Part shown: positions 36,650 to 47,959 of the stretch, piece by piece | Layout: each line of letters starts with the position of its first letter | How positions within the stretch are numbered: the stretch's first letter is position 1 | Assembly (NCBI GenBank): GCA_964199315.1 | Contig: OZ116707.1 | Coordinates: 16,244,001 to 16,308,000 of the forward strand | DNA from: Orbicella franksi | Lineage: Eukaryota | Reading direction: 5' to 3' | Length of the DNA: 64,000 nucleotides | Position numbers and translations under genes: made by a program | The notes under the pieces: generated by a model | The model's input: only the letters and a program-made list of their open reading frames with translations | The model's database searches: none | Told to the model about the DNA's origin: nothing

Positions 36650-37268
36650 GTCACCACCATGAAAATTGTTGTTTTTGTTTTTGTTTGATGCCACAATCAG
36701 TGCTAATAATTACTATTATTTAAACTTACGATTTGCTATTGCAGATGACGAGAGCGTGCTGAATTCAAAAGACATCAAGTGGAGCAACAAAAACCTGCTA
36801 GAGATGTCCAGCTTGGAAGAAGAGAGCATTGAGCCGCCAAGGAAGGTGATGCAGCCCGATAAGGTAGCTACCATTATGATATCACTTAATTATTATTATT
36901 AATTCGCACCCATAAACCCACCGCAGTTTCGCAGTTAAGCCAGTTATCACTTTCAAGTTATTGATTTGAACATGCTCAATTAAGGCCGGTTTACTTGGTA
37001 TGATTTGTCGACCCGATTTGGCTCCAGCAAATTTACTCTCTGTGATTTGACGGCCCGATTTTCTTTTCCTCATTTGAAATACGAATTTTAAAAAATCTAA
37101 AATGTCATTGCACGGGACTTGTAAGTGAAAAAAACTCTTCTAATTATTGATTGATTACTTCATAGAGATAAATTGTTAGTAACCTGTGGGAAAAAGAACG
37201 CCTAATTGCAGTTTCATTGAAAGAAGCTGTTTATACTGAGAATTAATCTCATTGCTAAATGAGATTAA

Positions 37269-37614
37269 GGTGGCTTACCACAGTTTTTCTGAGACTCAGT
37301 AGCGCACGCTGATTGCCTGCCAGACGTCAGTATTAATCGCACGTGCAAAATGACGCAAGTAACCCTAAGAAGAAACGAAAACCACTTCAGCACTTGAAGA
37401 AATTGAAATTTTCACAGTTTTTGTAAGGGTGAATCACGTTTAGAGCCAAAATTTTAAAAAATATTTAAGACAGATTTTGAGCTATTTTTGATTTCACATT
37501 TTCTTAGTTTACAAAAAATCTTTCTCATAGATTTTTATTCTACTTTGCATGAAACATTTTTCAAAAGAGTTAGAAGTTGGCTGTTATAATCCATCAAAAC
37601 TGTAGTAAGCCACC
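37269..37614. mobile_element. TTAA-flanked MITE (Kolobok-like) in intron 2 of the BEN gene
   Basis: ttaa|ggtggcttaccacagttt ... aaactgtagtaagccacc|ttca. Confidence 0.6.
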
Positions 37615-40288
37615 TTCAAAGCGACTTAGCATTCTGACTGAATCGTAACCTGGAATTTAGATGGGGGGAAGGTGTAAGTTGTCGCAATCAATATGTAGGC
37701 AATAGTATTGATAAATTGTATCTTCTTGATTTCTAGAGGAAACCTGGAGCGGAAAAATCTTCGACAACAGGTCGGAGTCAGCCATCAACCCCTAAAGTCA
37801 GCCCTCAGTCAACCCCTGAAGTCAGCCTTCAGTCAGCCAAAAAATATCCATACCAGACGTTTTTGGTGGAAGAACAAAATAGGGACGGGAAGTGGTCTGC
37901 TAACCGCGAAGCTTCCAGAGTTAAGAAAACAAATGTTACTTCTGACGAGACCCGCGACGAGATCAGCGTCTTAAAGCAGCAACTTCAAGCAAAAGACCGA
38001 GAGTGCGCTCTGCTGAGGGACCGGCTCTGGGGTCAGGAAAGACTCTGTAAGGTAAATACATGCATTAGTAATGTTTCAGCAAGTAACGTTCTAACTCGGT
38101 TCAATTCTAGAAAATGCTGACTGCAAGGGCTGTTTGTTTGTATGTACATATGTAAAATATATTTTACCTTTTTTTGCAGATGATGGAAAGATTCGAAGAT
38201 TCACTCGCCGCAATGGAGGGAAACACGGCGCAGAGATTGTCAAGGATCGAGAAGCGACTAGAATCCTTAGAGACCGTGGTAAGTGTTCTTTTTTATTATG
38301 CATGTGTTTGCGTGGCTCTGTTCAGTCTTGTTTTAAAATACCGTAATTTCTCTTCTCGCTCAACAAACTATGAGAAAGAGAGACAATTATTATTGTTATC
38401 GCAGTGGCTATCCATGTCATACGGCGTCCATTCGTAGGAAAGGCGGAAGATTTCATTGAATTTCTCAGGTGCAATTAGTGATTCCTAGAAATCCAACATT
38501 ATATTTCCCTTGATAAGAACAAAGCAATTCTAGTAAGCGCTAGCTAGCGTTGTTTCTTTGGGGCAAATTTATCCTGAAATCCTGTTCGTAAATTTTCATC
38601 GTAAAGTGTTCCCTCGCTTCGTAATTTGGTAAATCTGAGAAACGAAGGTTGTGTGACAGTCGCCGTTCGGGTGCCATACAGAAAATTTCTTATTATTTTT
38701 ATAATTTTTTTCATTCTGCTCTTTTTTTTTCACAGTATCCAAGCCCACTAAACATAGACCCGTTATCAGTCAGTTTGTCTGCGAGTGTTTCGCCACTTGA
38801 TGACCTGTTGACAATTGACATAGACACTTTCGAAAGTTTGAGCGCCGAAGTCGACGCTAGCTTTTAGGTGGATTCGTCAGCTCCTACACTGGAAACTTCT
38901 GCTTCTCCTACACTGGAAACTCCTGCTGCTCCTACACCAGCAACTCTTGCCAGGACCGTCAGTTCCAACAGTGCCATAGACAGCACCATTGAAATCCCAG
39001 TTGCAGAAGATGTTATTCGGACATGTGTAACCCCAAGGAAAGTACATCAGGTTTGGGAAGCACTCCAAAAAGAAGTAAACAGGCACAGATGCACAGTTAC
39101 CCTTCTTCCCTTCTTTTTCACGAAGGAAGAAATCATGAATTGTAACACCAATGGTTCTCACGGCAAACAATGCCTGGACAGCAATAAGTTAAATTCATTA
39201 AAAGTTTTAGTTTTTAGCCAGTTTCCTGTAGAATCTGCGACCGAAAAGGATAAACAGTGGGCATTTATGAAAACCAAAATAAATGCCGGGTGTCGCGCTA
39301 TTAAGTACGCAAATACCACGCGGGCACAGTAACGAATAAGTGAAAGCACCTGTTGTAAGCATTTTAGTTTTCCTAGAAAACTGCCCGTAGTTTTTATTTT
39401 TCTCAGTTTAGGGGCAATGTTTGTAAGTCAATAAGAATGTATTTTAATAAAATTAGTAGATCATTTTTGAAACTGAAGGACTTCATTCATAGTTATAATT
39501 TTTAAATAAAGTGCTACGAACTAAAAAACTAAAGGAGAATAATTGAATGGCTTACTGCAAGACTGACGTAAGTGACTTTTTCGGGTGAAAAATGATTTTT
39601 TCGTTCAAAAGCGCCCAAATTTTTGCATGTGGTCTCCAACGTAATAGGAAAACATTGCCCTGTGTTTGTATTCCTTGTTTTTTTCACCTGATGTACAAAA
39701 CAAAGTGGAAAGTTTACTCGCTCAAAGACGGGATCTGGAAATGAATTTCTTCAACTACGTTGTGACGTAAGCTTGCGTTTGCATTATTTTGGCGCGCAAG
39801 ACAACGTCAAGCTTTCGATCAGACAAGTTGAAACCTCACCTGTTGCATGAAGTCCGCTTATTTGACTCATATTTGCACCCGCCTGGCGGTGAAAGGACTT
39901 CATTAAGTCCGGAAACCCGTAAGTCACTAGCATATCTCAAAGAAGCGAGATGTGTTGCTGTTCCAAGATCACTAAGCGGTCGAAGGCACACTGAAGCCAG
40001 GCGAGGAGTTTGAAAGCACTTCTCATGCCAAAAAATGAGTCGATGGCGAGAAGTGGCCCATTTGCCAAATGTTGCTGTGCAGAACGTTTGGAAATAAAGA
40101 AGTGCTTTTAGACTCTAAAAAAATCTGTTTAGTCGGCCCGTAGGCCTTGCCGTGTTGAAGTTGCTCAGGGATATCCCATAATAAGCTTTAATGCATCTCG
40201 ATAGGTCTTGTCAGTCGATCTCAGTCGGCAATGGAAAACGTGACAAACTTACATTTCGCTCAGCCAACGGAATATTAATTGAAACAGA

Positions 40289-41361
40289 TGTGACCAGGTT
40301 CACAAAAACATGACAATGCATTTTTAGCACAAATTTAGAATTTCAGTTTGGTAGAAACTATTTCCTTTCTTTATCAAATCAACCCACATAACCTAACCAC
40401 ACAGGATTTACATCATGAATTTCCTATATGTCACACCACCACACCTTGTACTAGAATCATGAGAATTTCCTTCTATTGTTTGTTTCCTAATAAAAGAAGT
40501 GCAGTTAGTTAGTTTAATTCAGTGGTTCACAGTGTTCAAGACCTGCACTTTCAAGTTGAGGACCCCTTGGTCAAGTACTGTTCCTTGTGACCTAAGTTAG
40601 TGATTCGTTTCACTCAGGATTTTGGTATGTCACATTTAACCTTGTTATTATGTCTAAAGTTTAGGTTTTAAGTTCAAAACTACAGTCAACTTGTACTTAT
40701 CTTAAACCAATTGTTTAATCTTTGCTTGAATCCTCTGTTGATTCATGTCCAAATTGTATCTAGGATTCATTGTATGTGTAGTTTCCAAAACATTGTATTT
40801 GTCTCTACATAAGACTCATTTTAGTGCTGAGTTCATTGTTGAAATTAGATATTTCACTGTTAGTCTAGCTTTGTTTAACCCAGCTATGATGACAGATGTT
40901 GTCCTGACACAAAGTAACAAGTTTACAGTTTTCTTAGTTTTATGTCGGACAATTATTCAAATTGCTAGCAAGATCAGTTTATTTCATTGTTTTGCTGTTT
41001 TGAGCTATTATTTGGTTTATGTTTCACTTGTTTTCAGTTAATTCACATTTAGTTCTAAGAATAGCTTTTTATTAGTGCCAGATAAGAGGATTAATATTTT
41101 ACTCAGTGTCATGCAATGCTTTGTAGGAATTTAGTGAATGCTCATTGTAACACTCAAGTTTTACTATTATTTCTGTATTATATTTTGATTATGTTATTGT
41201 AATATTTTTAGTGATTTGCTATTTTAATTTATTCTTTTCAGTTTGCAATCACCCTTTTTTTCCTTTTGTATAATTTCTGTATTCCTGCATAAATAAATTT
41301 TATTGTGGCTACAAGTCTGTTTCGTTGTTCACTAACAACACCAGAACCTGCCTCGGTCACA
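40289..41361 (+). repeat. 5' LTR (1073 bp)
   Basis: tgtgaccagg...cctcggtcaca. Confidence 0.97.
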
Positions 41362-41363
41362 TT

Positions 41364-41379
41364 TGGCGCTGCGAGCAGG
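41364..41379 (+). promoter_or_regulatory. Primer-binding site (tRNA-Ser type)
   Basis: TGGCGCTGCGAGCAGG; near-complement of a tRNA-Ser(CGA)-like 3' end. Confidence 0.7.
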
Positions 41380-41459
41380 ATGCAAAAAAAAGAAATCGAA
41401 AAAAGTCAGCAATTTTATAAAAAGGGTGGTTGCAATAATAGCACAAGGATCAAATCACC

Positions 41460-42491
41460 ATGACTACAGAGGAGCTATCAACAAAAGTGGATGAATTGAC
41501 CCCGATGTACAAGGAGGCAATGGAAGAACTAAAAGCCCTGAAGGAATCCACCAATCCGACTCAAGTGTCATCCTCAGTACCAGCAACAACAAATGGTGCA
41601 AAGCAAATTGTTGTCTTTCCCCGCGACAAGATAAAGAACTTCACTGGGAAGAAAACAGAAGGTGACCAACCAGTTGAAGACTTTATAGAAGAACTGAAGA
41701 CAACATTTGAGGCACGAGAAATGACCCCACCCGAGAAAGTGGACTTCATAATGTCTCACCTGGATGGACCAGCAAAAGAAGAGGTACGAATGTACAGCGA
41801 AAAGGAGCGAAGTAACCCAAGCTTCCTTCTGGATGTTCTCGCACGAGCATTTGGAGAGAAACGTTCCAGCTCTCAACTCCTGAAGATGTTCTACGAGCGT
41901 AAGCAGAAAGAAAATGAAACACTTCGAGGGTACTCGTACAGCTTGAATTAACTACTCAAGCGCGTCACCAAAGCAGATCCAAAGGCAGTCCCTGACCCAG
42001 AGAAGACTCTACGGGACCAATTTGCAGACAATGTAAGGGACCCCTTTCTTAGAAAGGAACTGAAGAAGTTCATCCGAGAGCATCAGCCCGCATTCTTAGA
42101 TTTAAGGGAGGAAGCCTTACGCTGGTCAGAAGAGGAGGAAAGACCACAGCGTGCAAGGCCCCCATTATCACAGGAAGTAGCAGCTGACATCCCAGATGAG
42201 AGTTCTCAGTGTAGTGCTGCTAGCTCCGTCGTCACCCCCATGGATAAGGTATTGGAGGTCCTGCTCAAGCAGCAGAAGTCCTTAGAAGAACTGACGAGTT
42301 CAATTAGAGACCTCAAGCAGCCAAGGACCCAAATCCCGCCCAAGGAATGGAGTAGACAGCGCCCTAATATTGTTTGCTTCAAATGCAACAAGAATGGACA
42401 CATTGCCAGGAACTGCAGGGTAAATGATGACCGCCTTGTCAGGAAGGGACCACCACAAGGTAGACAGCGCCCTGACAAGCCGTCAAACTAA
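41460..42491 (+). pseudogene. gag: Gypsy gag (PNMA/Arc-like capsid, CCHC knuckle) with one in-frame TAA at 41949-41951
   Basis: KIKNFTGKK...VEDFIEE; MSHLDGPAKEEVR; the frame continues after the stop (LLKRVTK...LRDQFADNVRD) to CFKCNKNGHIARNC and PSN*. Confidence 0.9.
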
Positions 42492-42514
42492 CTCCCTCTG
42501 CCACAAGGAGCCAA

Positions 42515-45500
42515 GTGACAGTAGGGGACAACAGTGGCTCAAATATGGATGTGTCAAGAATGTATGAGAAGGCAGTTGGAGAGTGCCCAGTGGCGACAGT
42601 ACGACTGGGTGAAGTGGACGTACCTTGCCTCTTGGACTCAGGATCTGAAGTATCCACAATTACAGAAGAGTTTTTCAATGAACACTTTCGCCCTCAAGGG
42701 AAAACACTTTTACCTACCGGCGATTGGTTAAGACTTACAGCAGCAAATGGACTAGAGATACCATATGTCGGATACCTAGAACTGGATATTGAAGCCCTGG
42801 GAGTCATGATCCCACAAAGGGGAATTTTAGTCGTTAAGAGTCCAGCGAGTGAAGAGGCCAGGCAACGTAAGAGGATAACCCCTGGATTAATTGGAATGAA
42901 CATTATTACCCAACTGCAAGAACCTTACAAAAATGGAAAAACGGACATTTTACCTGAATGGAGTGAAGTGTTGAAGATTGTTTCAAGTGCCAAATCTATT
43001 TCAGCACGTGGTTTTGCAAAAGTAGCCGGTAAGACCAAGGTTAGAATTCCGGCTGGATCTGTTTCTGTTGTCAAAATAACTGGATGGCATGGACCTCAAA
43101 CAAGTAACACTGCTGCTCTTGTGGAACCATTAAGTGGACAGACTCCGGGAAACCTGATTGTCATAAATACAGTTACCGGTGTAGTTAATGGACAGCTTCA
43201 TGTAAGAGTTGCGAACATTACTGATGAAGATGTCTGGCTTCAACCCCATACAAGAATAGGAGTACTTCACGAGATTAATAATGTTATGGATACTAAAAAC
43301 ACTGTTGACTTCAAGAGAGTTTCAGTCAATGAAGAGATGGTGTTTGTCAGAGAATCCACAACAGAAGAAGACCAAACACAACCTTTGGCATATCCAATTG
43401 ATCTATCAGCCGTAGAATGTACACCTGAGCAAAGAGAGAAGCTTGAGACTCTCTTCCAGAAACATGCCAGCGTCTTTACAGAGAATGAGAATGACCTTGG
43501 ATACACAGAAACAGTCAAGCACAAGATCCCAACTATCGATCAAGTACCAGTTGCACAGCCTTACAGAAGAATCCCACCAAACCAGTTTCAAGAGGCAAAG
43601 GATCACATACGAAAACTCCTGGATGGTGGCATCATTCGAGAAAGCCATAGCCCTTACGCCGCACCTATTGTGCTTGTCAGAAAAAAGGATGGATCCCTGA
43701 GACTATGCGTTGATTACAGACGTCTTAACTCCAAGACAGTAAGAGACCAGTTCCCTTTACCAAGAATTGAGGAATCTATTGATGCCATTGGAGGTGCAAG
43801 ATGGTTTTCAACGATGGACCTCGCAAGTGGGTTCAACCAGGTTGCCATGGACGATGAAGACAGGCACAAGACTGCCTTCACAACGCCGTTCGGAATCTTC
43901 GAGTACAACAGAATGCCGATGGGTTTGACCAACAGTCCCGCGACCTTTCAGAGGCTTATGCAAACCTGTTTGAACGATTACATCTTTCAGATACTGCTTG
44001 TGTACCTGGATGACATCATCGTGTATTCCAATACCTTTGATGAGCACATAGAGAGACTTGACAGAGTCTTTACACGACTCCGAGAACATGGATTAAAACT
44101 CAAACCAGAGAAGTGTCACTTCCTTAGACGTAAAGTCACATATGTTGGTCATCAGATCTCTTCTGATGGTATCACAACGGATCCTGAGAAGACTCAAGCT
44201 GTATCAGAATGGAAACTGCCAACAACTGTTAAAGAACTGAGATCATTCCTTGGATTCTGCAGTTACTATCGCAGATTCGTCAAAGACTTTGCAAGGATTG
44301 CTGGACCATTACACCAACTAGTTAACAACTGCCTGCATGAGCTGAAAGTGGAGAAGAAACTTAAAGTCCCATTTGTGAAAAGGTGGAATCCAGAATGTCA
44401 GACTGCATTTGATGCATTGAAGAAAAAATTGACTCATCCCCCAATACTTGGATTTGCAGACTACAGCAAGCCATTCATCGTAGAAACAGATGCCAGTCAT
44501 GTGGGACTTGGAGCAGTCTTATCACAAGATCAGGATGGCCAGCGCAAAGTCATTGCTTATGCCAGTAGAAGATTGAGGCCAAGTGAAAGGAACCCAAGAA
44601 ATTACAGCTCCATGAAGCTTGAACTGTTGGCATTGAAGTGGGCAGTAACTGAGAAATTCAGAACCTATCTCCTTGGTTCAAAATTCGAAGTTTACACCGA
44701 CAACAACCCCTTAAAGTACTTACAGACCACTGCCAAGCTTGGTGCCTTGGAACAGCGATGGGCAGCTCAGTTGGCTTTATTCGACTTCTCAATCAGCTAC
44801 AGAAGTGGACAATCTAATGCAAATGCTGATGCCTTATCACGCCAGCCTCATGAATCATTGACACCAGAGGTAGACGATTCAAAGGAAGATGAATTATTAC
44901 ACATTGAGTCTATAGTTACTCTAGCAACTCCTGTACCTCCTGACCTGAGCCATGCTATTGTGAAGACGCCTATCCCAATTGAAGTAAGACGAATGGCAGC
45001 ATATGAACCAGACCATGATTTAACAGCAACTGATCAGACAACTAATGATGCTAATAAGAAAGCAACAACAGATGAGCCAGTAATTGCCACTACATCATTC
45101 CCCACTCACACAAAGGAAGAACTTATCAACATGCAGAAGGCTGATCCCACAATTAAAGAATTCCTAAAGTTCTGGGAGAGGGATAAGAAACCCACCTTTG
45201 CAGAGAGAAAGCAGCTTTCCCACGAGTGTGTCACCCTGTTGCGACAGTGGGATAAAGTTGCCAGAGAACAAGGCCTAATGTACAGAATTGTTCAGGATCC
45301 CAAACTTGGAGAACTGAAACAGCTTCTGTTACCAGCCACTCTGAAGAACAAAGTTATCACTAGCCTGCATGATGATATGGGACATCAAGGATTAGAAAGA
45401 AGTCTTCAGCTGACACGTGAACGATGTTATTGGCCCAGAATGTACTCAGATGTGGAGAGTTGGATCAAGAACTGTGAAAGGTGTACCTTATCAAAGATGC

Positions 45501-46831
45501 CAAACCCGAGAATCAGACCACCTATGGGAAATCTATTGGCGACGAAGCCACTTGAAATACTAGCAATAGATTTTACAGTCCTTGAACCAGGGACTGACGG
45601 AAGAGAGAATGTTCTTGTTATGACTGATGTCTTCACAAAGTTTACTTGTGCAGTCCCAACAAGAGACCAGAAAGCTATTACAACAGCTAAAGTTCTAGTG
45701 AAAGAATGGTTCTTCAAATATGGAATTCCCCTAAGAATTCACTCAGACCAAGGAAGAAACTTCGAAAGTGAAGTTATTGCAGAACTTTGCAGACTTTATG
45801 GGATCAAGAAATCTCGCACTACACCCTATCACCCCCAAGGTAATGCACAATGTGAGAGGTTCAACAGAATGCATGATCTGCTAAGAACCCTCCCTCCGTC
45901 TAAGAAGCGCAAGTGGCCTGAATACCTACCAGAGTTATTGTACGTTTACAATGCCACACCACATTCATCAACGATGTACAGCCCCCATTATCTAATGTTT
46001 GGAAGAGAAGCTCGACTTCCAATTGATTTACTTCTTGGAGAGGGTGAAGATGTTGAAGAAAGTTCAATTGATTGGTTAGCAGCTCATCAAACAAGGTTAA
46101 GAGATGCTTACCAAAGAGCAGGGGAGCATCTCCAGCTCCAAGCCAAGAGACGACGAGAACACCACAATGGAAAAGAGTTTGACATCCCGATCCAGAAAGA
46201 TCAGATAGTGTACTTACAAAACCATGTACATGGACGCAACAAGATACAGGACGCCTGGGATTCTACCCCGTATAAAGTTGTTCATGTTCCAACAGACCTC
46301 TACGGTTCAGTCTACACGGTGGAACCTATCAATGATCCTGGCCAGACCAGAAATGTGCACAGAAGCAATCTAAGATTGAGTGTGACCAATCCAGATGTGG
46401 AACAGGACCCAGGACCCAAACCTGTTAGAAAATCTAAATCCTTAGATCCTAGTAGTGAAGCAGATGAGGAGGATAATTCAGATGAGGAGCTTGTGTTAAT
46501 TCTACCCAAAGAATGCACAAAGGTAGCCCCAGAACCCTCTAATGGACCAGGACCTACAGGCCAGACAAGTGCAGACCCAGCCTGTTCAGAGGAGAGAGTA
46601 CCTACCGTTGAAAATGATACAGAATCTGTACCTTCAGCAGAAGCCCCTGTTCCAGAAACTACATCTCCTATACCACCTAGACGAACAAAGAGGAAAACCG
46701 CTGGAAAACACAAGAACAGGTTTAAGCAACCAAAAACTGCAGTAACAAGTTCCATAACTATTACAGTCAATGAACTCTCGATTTATTTAGTTATATCGAC
46801 TTTATTAATTTTGTATGGACTCTATGTCTAG
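42515..46831 (+). CDS. pol: Gypsy pol polyprotein, 1438 aa uninterrupted (protease, dUTPase-like spacer, RT, RNase H, integrase, hydrophobic C-terminal tail), in the -1 frame relative to gag
   Basis: LLDSGSEVS; RLCVDYRRLN; YNRMPMGL; VYLDDII; ETDASHVG; HDDMGHQG...CERC; LAIDF...HSDQGRNFES...YHPQGNAQCERFN. Confidence 0.97.
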   Translation: MTVGDNSGSNMDVSRMYEKAVGECPVATVRLGEVDVPCLLDSGSEVSTITEEFFNEHFRPQGKTLLPTGDWLRLTAANGLEIPYVGYLELDIEALGVMIPQRGILVVKSPASEEARQRKRITPGLIGMNIITQLQEPYKNGKTDILPEWSEVLKIVSSAKSISARGFAKVAGKTKVRIPAGSVSVVKITGWHGPQTSNTAALVEPLSGQTPGNLIVINTVTGVVNGQLHVRVANITDEDVWLQPHTRIGVLHEINNVMDTKNTVDFKRVSVNEEMVFVRESTTEEDQTQPLAYPIDLSAVECTPEQREKLETLFQKHASVFTENENDLGYTETVKHKIPTIDQVPVAQPYRRIPPNQFQEAKDHIRKLLDGGIIRESHSPYAAPIVLVRKKDGSLRLCVDYRRLNSKTVRDQFPLPRIEESIDAIGGARWFSTMDLASGFNQVAMDDEDRHKTAFTTPFGIFEYNRMPMGLTNSPATFQRLMQTCLNDYIFQILLVYLDDIIVYSNTFDEHIERLDRVFTRLREHGLKLKPEKCHFLRRKVTYVGHQISSDGITTDPEKTQAVSEWKLPTTVKELRSFLGFCSYYRRFVKDFARIAGPLHQLVNNCLHELKVEKKLKVPFVKRWNPECQTAFDALKKKLTHPPILGFADYSKPFIVETDASHVGLGAVLSQDQDGQRKVIAYASRRLRPSERNPRNYSSMKLELLALKWAVTEKFRTYLLGSKFEVYTDNNPLKYLQTTAKLGALEQRWAAQLALFDFSISYRSGQSNANADALSRQPHESLTPEVDDSKEDELLHIESIVTLATPVPPDLSHAIVKTPIPIEVRRMAAYEPDHDLTATDQTTNDANKKATTDEPVIATTSFPTHTKEELINMQKADPTIKEFLKFWERDKKPTFAERKQLSHECVTLLRQWDKVAREQGLMYRIVQDPKLGELKQLLLPATLKNKVITSLHDDMGHQGLERSLQLTRERCYWPRMYSDVESWIKNCERCTLSKMPNPRIRPPMGNLLATKPLEILAIDFTVLEPGTDGRENVLVMTDVFTKFTCAVPTRDQKAITTAKVLVKEWFFKYGIPLRIHSDQGRNFESEVIAELCRLYGIKKSRTTPYHPQGNAQCERFNRMHDLLRTLPPSKKRKWPEYLPELLYVYNATPHSSTMYSPHYLMFGREARLPIDLLLGEGEDVEESSIDWLAAHQTRLRDAYQRAGEHLQLQAKRRREHHNGKEFDIPIQKDQIVYLQNHVHGRNKIQDAWDSTPYKVVHVPTDLYGSVYTVEPINDPGQTRNVHRSNLRLSVTNPDVEQDPGPKPVRKSKSLDPSSEADEEDNSDEELVLILPKECTKVAPEPSNGPGPTGQTSADPACSEERVPTVENDTESVPSAEAPVPETTSPIPPRRTKRKTAGKHKNRFKQPKTAVTSSITITVNELSIYLVISTLLILYGLYV

Positions 46832-46886
46832 AATTTAGTAACTATTAATACACATGTCGTGGACGACAGTGTTAAGCAGGGGAGTG

Positions 46887-47959
46887 TGTGACCAGGTTCA
46901 CAAAAACATGACAATGCATTTTTAGCACAAATTTAGAATTTCAGTTTGGTAGAAACTATTTCCTTTCTTTATCAAATCAACCCACATAACCTAACCACAC
47001 AGGATTTACATCATGAATTTCCTATATGTCACACCACCACACCTTGTACTAGAATCATGAGAATTTCCTTCTATTGTTTGTTTCCTAATAAAAGAAGTGC
47101 AGTTAGTTAGTTTAATTCAGTGGTTCACAGTGTTCAAGACCTGCACTTTCAAGTTGAGGACCCCTTGGTCAAGTACTGTTCCTTGTGACCTAAGTTAGTG
47201 ATTCGTTTCACTCAGGATTTTGGTATGTCACATTTAACCTTGTTATTATGTCTAAAGTTTAGGTTTTAAGTTCAAAACTACAGTCAACTTGTACTTATCT
47301 TAAACCAATTGTTTAATCTTTGCTTGAATCCTCTGTTGATTCATGTCCAAATTGTATCTAGGATTCATTGTATGTGTAGTTTCCAAAACATTGTATTTGT
47401 CTCTACATAAGACTCATTTTAGTGCTGAGTTCATTGTTGAAATTAGATATTTCACTGTTAGTCTAGCTTTGTTTAACCCAGCTATGATGACAGATGTTGT
47501 CCTGACACAAAGTAACAAGTTTACAGTTTTCTTAGTTTTATGTCGGACAATTATTCAAATTGCTAGCAAGATCAGTTTATTTCATTGTTTTGCTGTTTTG
47601 AGCTATTATTTGGTTTATGTTTCACTTGTTTTCAGTTAATTCACATTTAGTTCTAAGAATAGCTTTTTATTAGTGCCAGATAAGAGGATTAATATTTTAC
47701 TCAGTGTCATGCAATGCTTTGTAGGAATTTAGTGAATGCTCATTGTAACACTCAAGTTTTACTATTATTTCTGTATTATATTTTGATTATGTTATTGTAA
47801 TATTTTTAGTGATTTGCTATTTTAATTTATTCTTTTCAGTTTGCAATCACCCTTTTTTTCCTTTTGTATAATTTCTGTATTCCTGCATAAATAAATTTTA
47901 TTGTGGCTACAAGTCTGTTTCGTTGTTCACTAACAACACCAGAACCTGCCTCGGTCACA
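46887..47959 (+). repeat. 3' LTR (1073 bp)
   Basis: Same sequence as 40289-41361. Confidence 0.97.

Larger units (their letters stand above)
35652..39332 (+). pseudogene. Five-exon BEN-domain accessory gene of the Sola1 element (~441 codons, one in-frame TAG at 38865-38867)
   Basis: Exons 35652-35847, 36745-36863, 37737-38051, 38180-38278 and 38736-39332, all GT-AG and in phase. N-terminal beta-rich module (ALFFFPDENLTGIAPT...VKVNWQGKRVHAEILVLN), SP-rich linker, coiled coil, then BEN-like C-terminus (TVTLLPFFFTKEEIMNCNTNGSHGKQCLDSNKLNSLK...WAFMKTKINAGCR). Confidence 0.8.
40289..47959 (+). mobile_element. Full-length, very young Gypsy LTR retrotransposon (7671 bp)
   Basis: LTRs 40289-41361 and 46887-47959, both 1073 bp, TG...CA, no difference seen by eye; TSD CAGA (40285-40288, 47960-47963); PBS and PPT (aagcaggggag) present. 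Confidence 0.97.

Noticed and set aside
40745-41041. 98-aa ORF duplicated at 47343-47639 as an env or accessory gene
   Set aside because: It lies inside the AT-rich LTRs, is duplicated only because the LTRs are, and shows no fusion-protein features
42694-46770. Antisense ORFs over pol (e.g. 46312-46770) and similar ones over other pol genes
   Set aside because: Shadow ORFs of long coding strands, with no independent motifs
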